Shown: one piece after another, positions 61,669-64,000 of the stretch
Layout: each line of letters begins with the position of its first letter
How positions within the stretch are numbered: the first letter of the stretch is position 1
Notes under the pieces: model-generated
The model's input: only the letters and a program-made list of their open reading frames with translations
Told to the model about the DNA's origin: nothing
Databases searched by the model: none
Translations under genes and position numbers: made by a program
From: a virus
DNA: 64,000 nt
Strand: one strand, 5' to 3'
IMG/VR virus record: IMGVR_UViG_3300019487_000005
Location: 1 to 64,000 of that record

Positions 61669-62230
61669 GCGTGGTCTTGTATTTCAAGACTTTGTTTACG
61701 AACTACTAAGCCGACATGGTATTAACACCGTAGCCTATTCCAGTCGGTTGTTTCAGCTTCACAAGGGCGAGAACAAAGCGAAAATGGAAATAAAGTTTGA
61801 TGATAAGTTAGCGACTACGGGTAACTTGTGGATTGAGGTAGCGGAGAAGACGAATCCGAAGAACCTTAAATATATCGATTCGGGAATTTGTCGAGACTGC
61901 TACGAGTACGTGATTGGGAATTACAACATCATCTATCGCTTGCCGGTCAGCGTGTTACGGCTTATGAGAGATAAGGGACGTTACCCGATACGGGAAAACA
62001 GACTAAAGACAAGTCAGGGGTTCTTATTGCCTGCATATGAAGCCGCGAAGATTGCTATCCAGGTCATTAAGGCTAATTGCCAAACTGAGGCAGCAGAATT
62101 GTTTGAAGCTCAGGAAGTAGATAGGCAGGCAGTCGAACAACACATGAGAGAAATGCTGAGCGCGGCGAAATGTGATCCAGATCAGCTAACGTTCGATAAG
62201 TTACTCAACGATTCTAATGACTCCCACTAA
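61637..62230 (+). CDS. hypothetical protein, possible PD-(D/E)xK-like nuclease
   Basis: 197-aa ORF overlapping the methylase end. MEIKFD ... EVAEK. Weak call. Confidence 0.5.
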   Translation: MMTPYYEKQLERGLVFQDFVYELLSRHGINTVAYSSRLFQLHKGENKAKMEIKFDDKLATTGNLWIEVAEKTNPKNLKYIDSGICRDCYEYVIGNYNIIYRLPVSVLRLMRDKGRYPIRENRLKTSQGFLLPAYEAAKIAIQVIKANCQTEAAELFEAQEVDRQAVEQHMREMLSAAKCDPDQLTFDKLLNDSNDSH

Positions 62231-62875
62231 GACGGCGACTGGCTTAATCCTGTGCGCAGGTCTTTTGATCTCAGGATAACCCTCCGTAGAGGGTAGCAGT
62301 ACTCTTTCGTTGCCCTTCTCTCTCCAGCGTTTCAGCGTTATTCCTTCGCCAACGATGTCCGCCACGATTAGTTCGTTTGGGCCTGGCTTATAGGTTTTCG
62401 GGACATTACGAACAATTATAATGTCGCCGGTTAAAACGGCAGCTCCCGTCATGCTATTCCCTGTAACACGAAGTGCAAAGTGATCGCCCCTTTTACGGAT
62501 CATCCTGGCATCAACCGTTATTGAGTCTTCGTCTTCACCTTTCAGGAAAAATTCAACGGCGTCGCCGGCCGCGACTTTCGCCGTAATTGGAATGGACACT
62601 TCTTTCTCAACGGGAATGTAAGCCTTTAGCCATCCTATTCCAAAATCGCTTTTAAGCACTTGGGCTAAACGAATCCAAGTAGTTTTGTCTGGTTCGGTTT
62701 GCCCCAACTCGGTCCTGACAATCGTTTGATGCGATACGCCAACTTCCCTGCCTAACTTCACCACGGACCAACCAAGCTGTAGGCGTTCGTGCCGCACTCT
62801 ACCTCCAGGCGTTGACAGATCGGCGGCCTGGCCGGGTCGGCCGAGTGGTGATTTTTCCTTGGATTTAGCGGGCAC
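62201..62875 (-). CDS. cI-like repressor (XRE HTH plus S24 LexA-type autopeptidase)
   Basis: HTH LGWSVVKLGREVGVSHQTIVRTELG. LRVTGNSMTGAAVLTGDIIIVR ... ITLKRW (Ser/Lys dyad context). Confidence 0.85.
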   Translation of the reverse strand: MPAKSKEKSPLGRPGQAADLSTPGGRVRHERLQLGWSVVKLGREVGVSHQTIVRTELGQTEPDKTTWIRLAQVLKSDFGIGWLKAYIPVEKEVSIPITAKVAAGDAVEFFLKGEDEDSITVDARMIRKRGDHFALRVTGNSMTGAAVLTGDIIIVRNVPKTYKPGPNELIVADIVGEGITLKRWREKGNERVLLPSTEGYPEIKRPAHRIKPVAVLVGVIRIVE

Positions 62876-62886
62876 GAAAATAACGC

Positions 62887-62916
62887 TTGACTTTGCACGT
62901 AACGTGCAATTAAGAT
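62887..62916 (+). promoter_or_regulatory. rightward early promoter with embedded operator
   Basis: TTGACT-TTGCACGTAACGTGCAA-T-TAAGAT. The 17-bp palindrome lies at 62893-62909. Confidence 0.6.
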
Positions 62917-62927
62917 AAGCTAGTTAG

Positions 62928-62945
62928 CCTGCCAGAGCAGGCACA
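62928..62945. promoter_or_regulatory. conserved 18-bp inverted-repeat element CCTGCC-N4-CAGGCACA (copy 2)
   Basis: CCTGCCAGAGCAGGCACA, just downstream of the rightward promoter. Confidence 0.5.
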
Positions 62946-62962
62946 ATTTAAATCTGACAAGT

Positions 62963-63208
62963 ATGCCACTATCAGCACTAGACATAAAGCTGGAAATTAT
63001 GAGGCGGGGCGACTCTATTGCGGGTTTAGCACGCAAGTGGAACACCACGCCAGAGATACTCGGGCGCGTAATTCACAGGCGTTGGTTTTTCGTTTATCCA
63101 GAGGTGCGCAAGCGCCTTGCTCGTTATTTAAACGTTCCCGTTCGCGAAGTCGGCCAAGACCCTAAACGGAAGCGTCAGGCGAAGCGCACCGAAGGTAAAG
63201 CAGCCTAA
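62963..63208 (+). CDS. Ner/Cro-like DNA-binding regulator
   Basis: DIKLEIMRRGDSIAGLARKWNTTPEILGRVIHRR...YPEVRKRLARYLNVP parallels Mu Ner as I recall it. Divergent from cI. Confidence 0.6.
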   Translation: MPLSALDIKLEIMRRGDSIAGLARKWNTTPEILGRVIHRRWFFVYPEVRKRLARYLNVPVREVGQDPKRKRQAKRTEGKAA

Positions 63209-63318
63209 AAGGGACACTCCCGTCCCTGAATCGGGGACGGAAAAAAGTTTAGTTATTCGAGGGTGACTTAGAGTTTAACACCTTAGTCAAGTCATTAATA
63301 AAGCAAGACTTATTGCAA

Positions 63319-63414
63319 ATGGACGCCCAGCTAGCAGAAATGATCATAGCTATTGAGAGATTTGAGGAAAGTAAGAAATTGGAGTGTGAGGAAGAGAGTA
63401 AGGAGCAATCATGA
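63319..63414 (+). CDS. possible 31-aa acidic peptide
   Basis: Below the track cutoff. ATGA overlap with the next gene. Confidence 0.3.
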   Translation: MDAQLAEMIIAIERFEESKKLECEEESKEQS

Positions 63415-63689
63415 GTGCAAAGAATGGGGCCAGACCTGTTTTAGTAACCACGGTCCATAAGGGCGTGTTTTTTGGGTACGCCACTGATACGTCAGGCTCA
63501 ACGATTCACCTGAAGCGGGCAAGGCTCTGTATTTACTGGAGCGCTGATCTTCGCGGGTTCATGGGGCTAGCGTCTCAGGGGCCGAATAAAAGCTGCAAGA
63601 TCGGCCCTCCGGCAGATATTGAACTCCGTGACGTTACGTCAATCACCGAAGTCGTACCCGAGGCAGTCAAGAAATGGGAGCAAGAGTAA
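63411..63689 (+). CDS. hypothetical protein
   Basis: 92-aa ORF. SD AAGGAG. Confidence 0.6.
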   Translation: MSAKNGARPVLVTTVHKGVFFGYATDTSGSTIHLKRARLCIYWSADLRGFMGLASQGPNKSCKIGPPADIELRDVTSITEVVPEAVKKWEQE

Positions 63690-64000
63690 TTCACGGTTCC
63701 CTGCCTGCTTGGGCTGAGGTTCAAGCTGACGGCTACGGCTACGGCGACGGCTCCGGCTACGGCTACGGCTACGGCTCCGGCTACGGCGACGGCTCCGGCT
63801 ACGGCTCCGGCTCCGGCTACGGCTCCGGCTCCGGCTACGGCTACGGCTACGGCGACGGCTACGGCTACGGCTCCGGCTCCGGCTCCGGCTCCGGCTACGG
63901 CTACGGCTACGGCTACGGCGACGGCTACGGCTACGGCTCCGGCTACGGCGACGGCTCCGGCTACGGCGACGGCGACGGCTACGGCTACGGCTACGGCGAC
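63674..64000 (+). CDS. Gly-Tyr/Ser/Asp dipeptide-repeat protein (partial, runs off the window)
   Basis: ATG 63674, MGARVIHGSLPAWAEVQAD followed by (GY/GS/GD)n to the window end. All three + frames are open, so frame choice rests on the ATG. Confidence 0.45.
   Translation, partial: MGARVIHGSLPAWAEVQADGYGYGDGSGYGYGYGSGYGDGSGYGSGSGYGSGSGYGYGYGDGYGYGSGSGSGSGYGYGYGYGDGYGYGSGYGDGSGYGDGDGYGYGYGD
63728..64000 (+). repeat. hexanucleotide microsatellite (GGCTAC / GGCTCC / GGCGAC)n
   Basis: More than 45 consecutive 6-nt units of three types, continuing past the window end. Confidence 0.95.

Noticed and set aside
63209-63260. A hairpin, CCGTCCC-tgaatcg-GGGACGG, after the Ner/Cro-like gene as a rho-independent terminator.
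   Set aside because: On the + strand it is followed by an A-run, not a U-run. On the minus strand only a weak 5-bp stem precedes TTTT. That is too weak to call.

Overview
The window looks like a nearly complete, non-integrated or circularly permuted genome of a temperate lambda-like siphovirus. Almost all genes are on the + strand. The order is as follows. (1) A replication and early module at 1-6900: a DUF1376 protein, a primase-helicase and a Dam-type methyltransferase. (2) An excisionase-like gene, a tyrosine integrase (6913-8127, minus) and a 45-nt tRNA-Lys(UUU) 3-prime half (8305-8349) that I read as the attP core. (3) An accessory and lysis region (8400-20700) with a muramidase endolysin, many tiny membrane proteins, homing-endonuclease-like genes and a LAGLIDADG remnant. 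(4) A structural module (20800-55800): beta-helix depolymerases, TerS/TerL, portal, S49 protease-scaffold, decoration protein, lambda-E-type capsid, tail chaperone with an A_AAA_AAG frameshift, tape measure, a GTA-like DUF2460/DUF2163/NlpC-P60/host-specificity block, and fibres/tailspike. (5) A leftward operon of about 18 very small genes (60141 down to 55771). (6) An immunity region with a cI-like S24 repressor, a Ner/Cro-like gene and two homologous promoter-operator modules. The strongest finding is at 10456-12589. Two in-phase arrays (7 and 13 periods of 36 nt) flank a Nop/IS110-Tnp-like protein and an overlapping HNH nuclease. Each period holds two conserved 10-nt cores and two unique 8-nt segments. 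I interpret this as a TIGR-Tas-like dual-spacer RNA-guided system. Other points worth a second look are an HNH cassette bounded by in-frame direct repeats inside a depolymerase gene, a 660-aa protein made of about 28 Ser/Gly/Leu repeats, a fatty-acid-hydroxylase-family auxiliary gene, and a (Gly-Tyr/Ser/Asp)n hexanucleotide-repeat ORF running off the window end. All functional calls come from motif recognition by eye. No database search was run.
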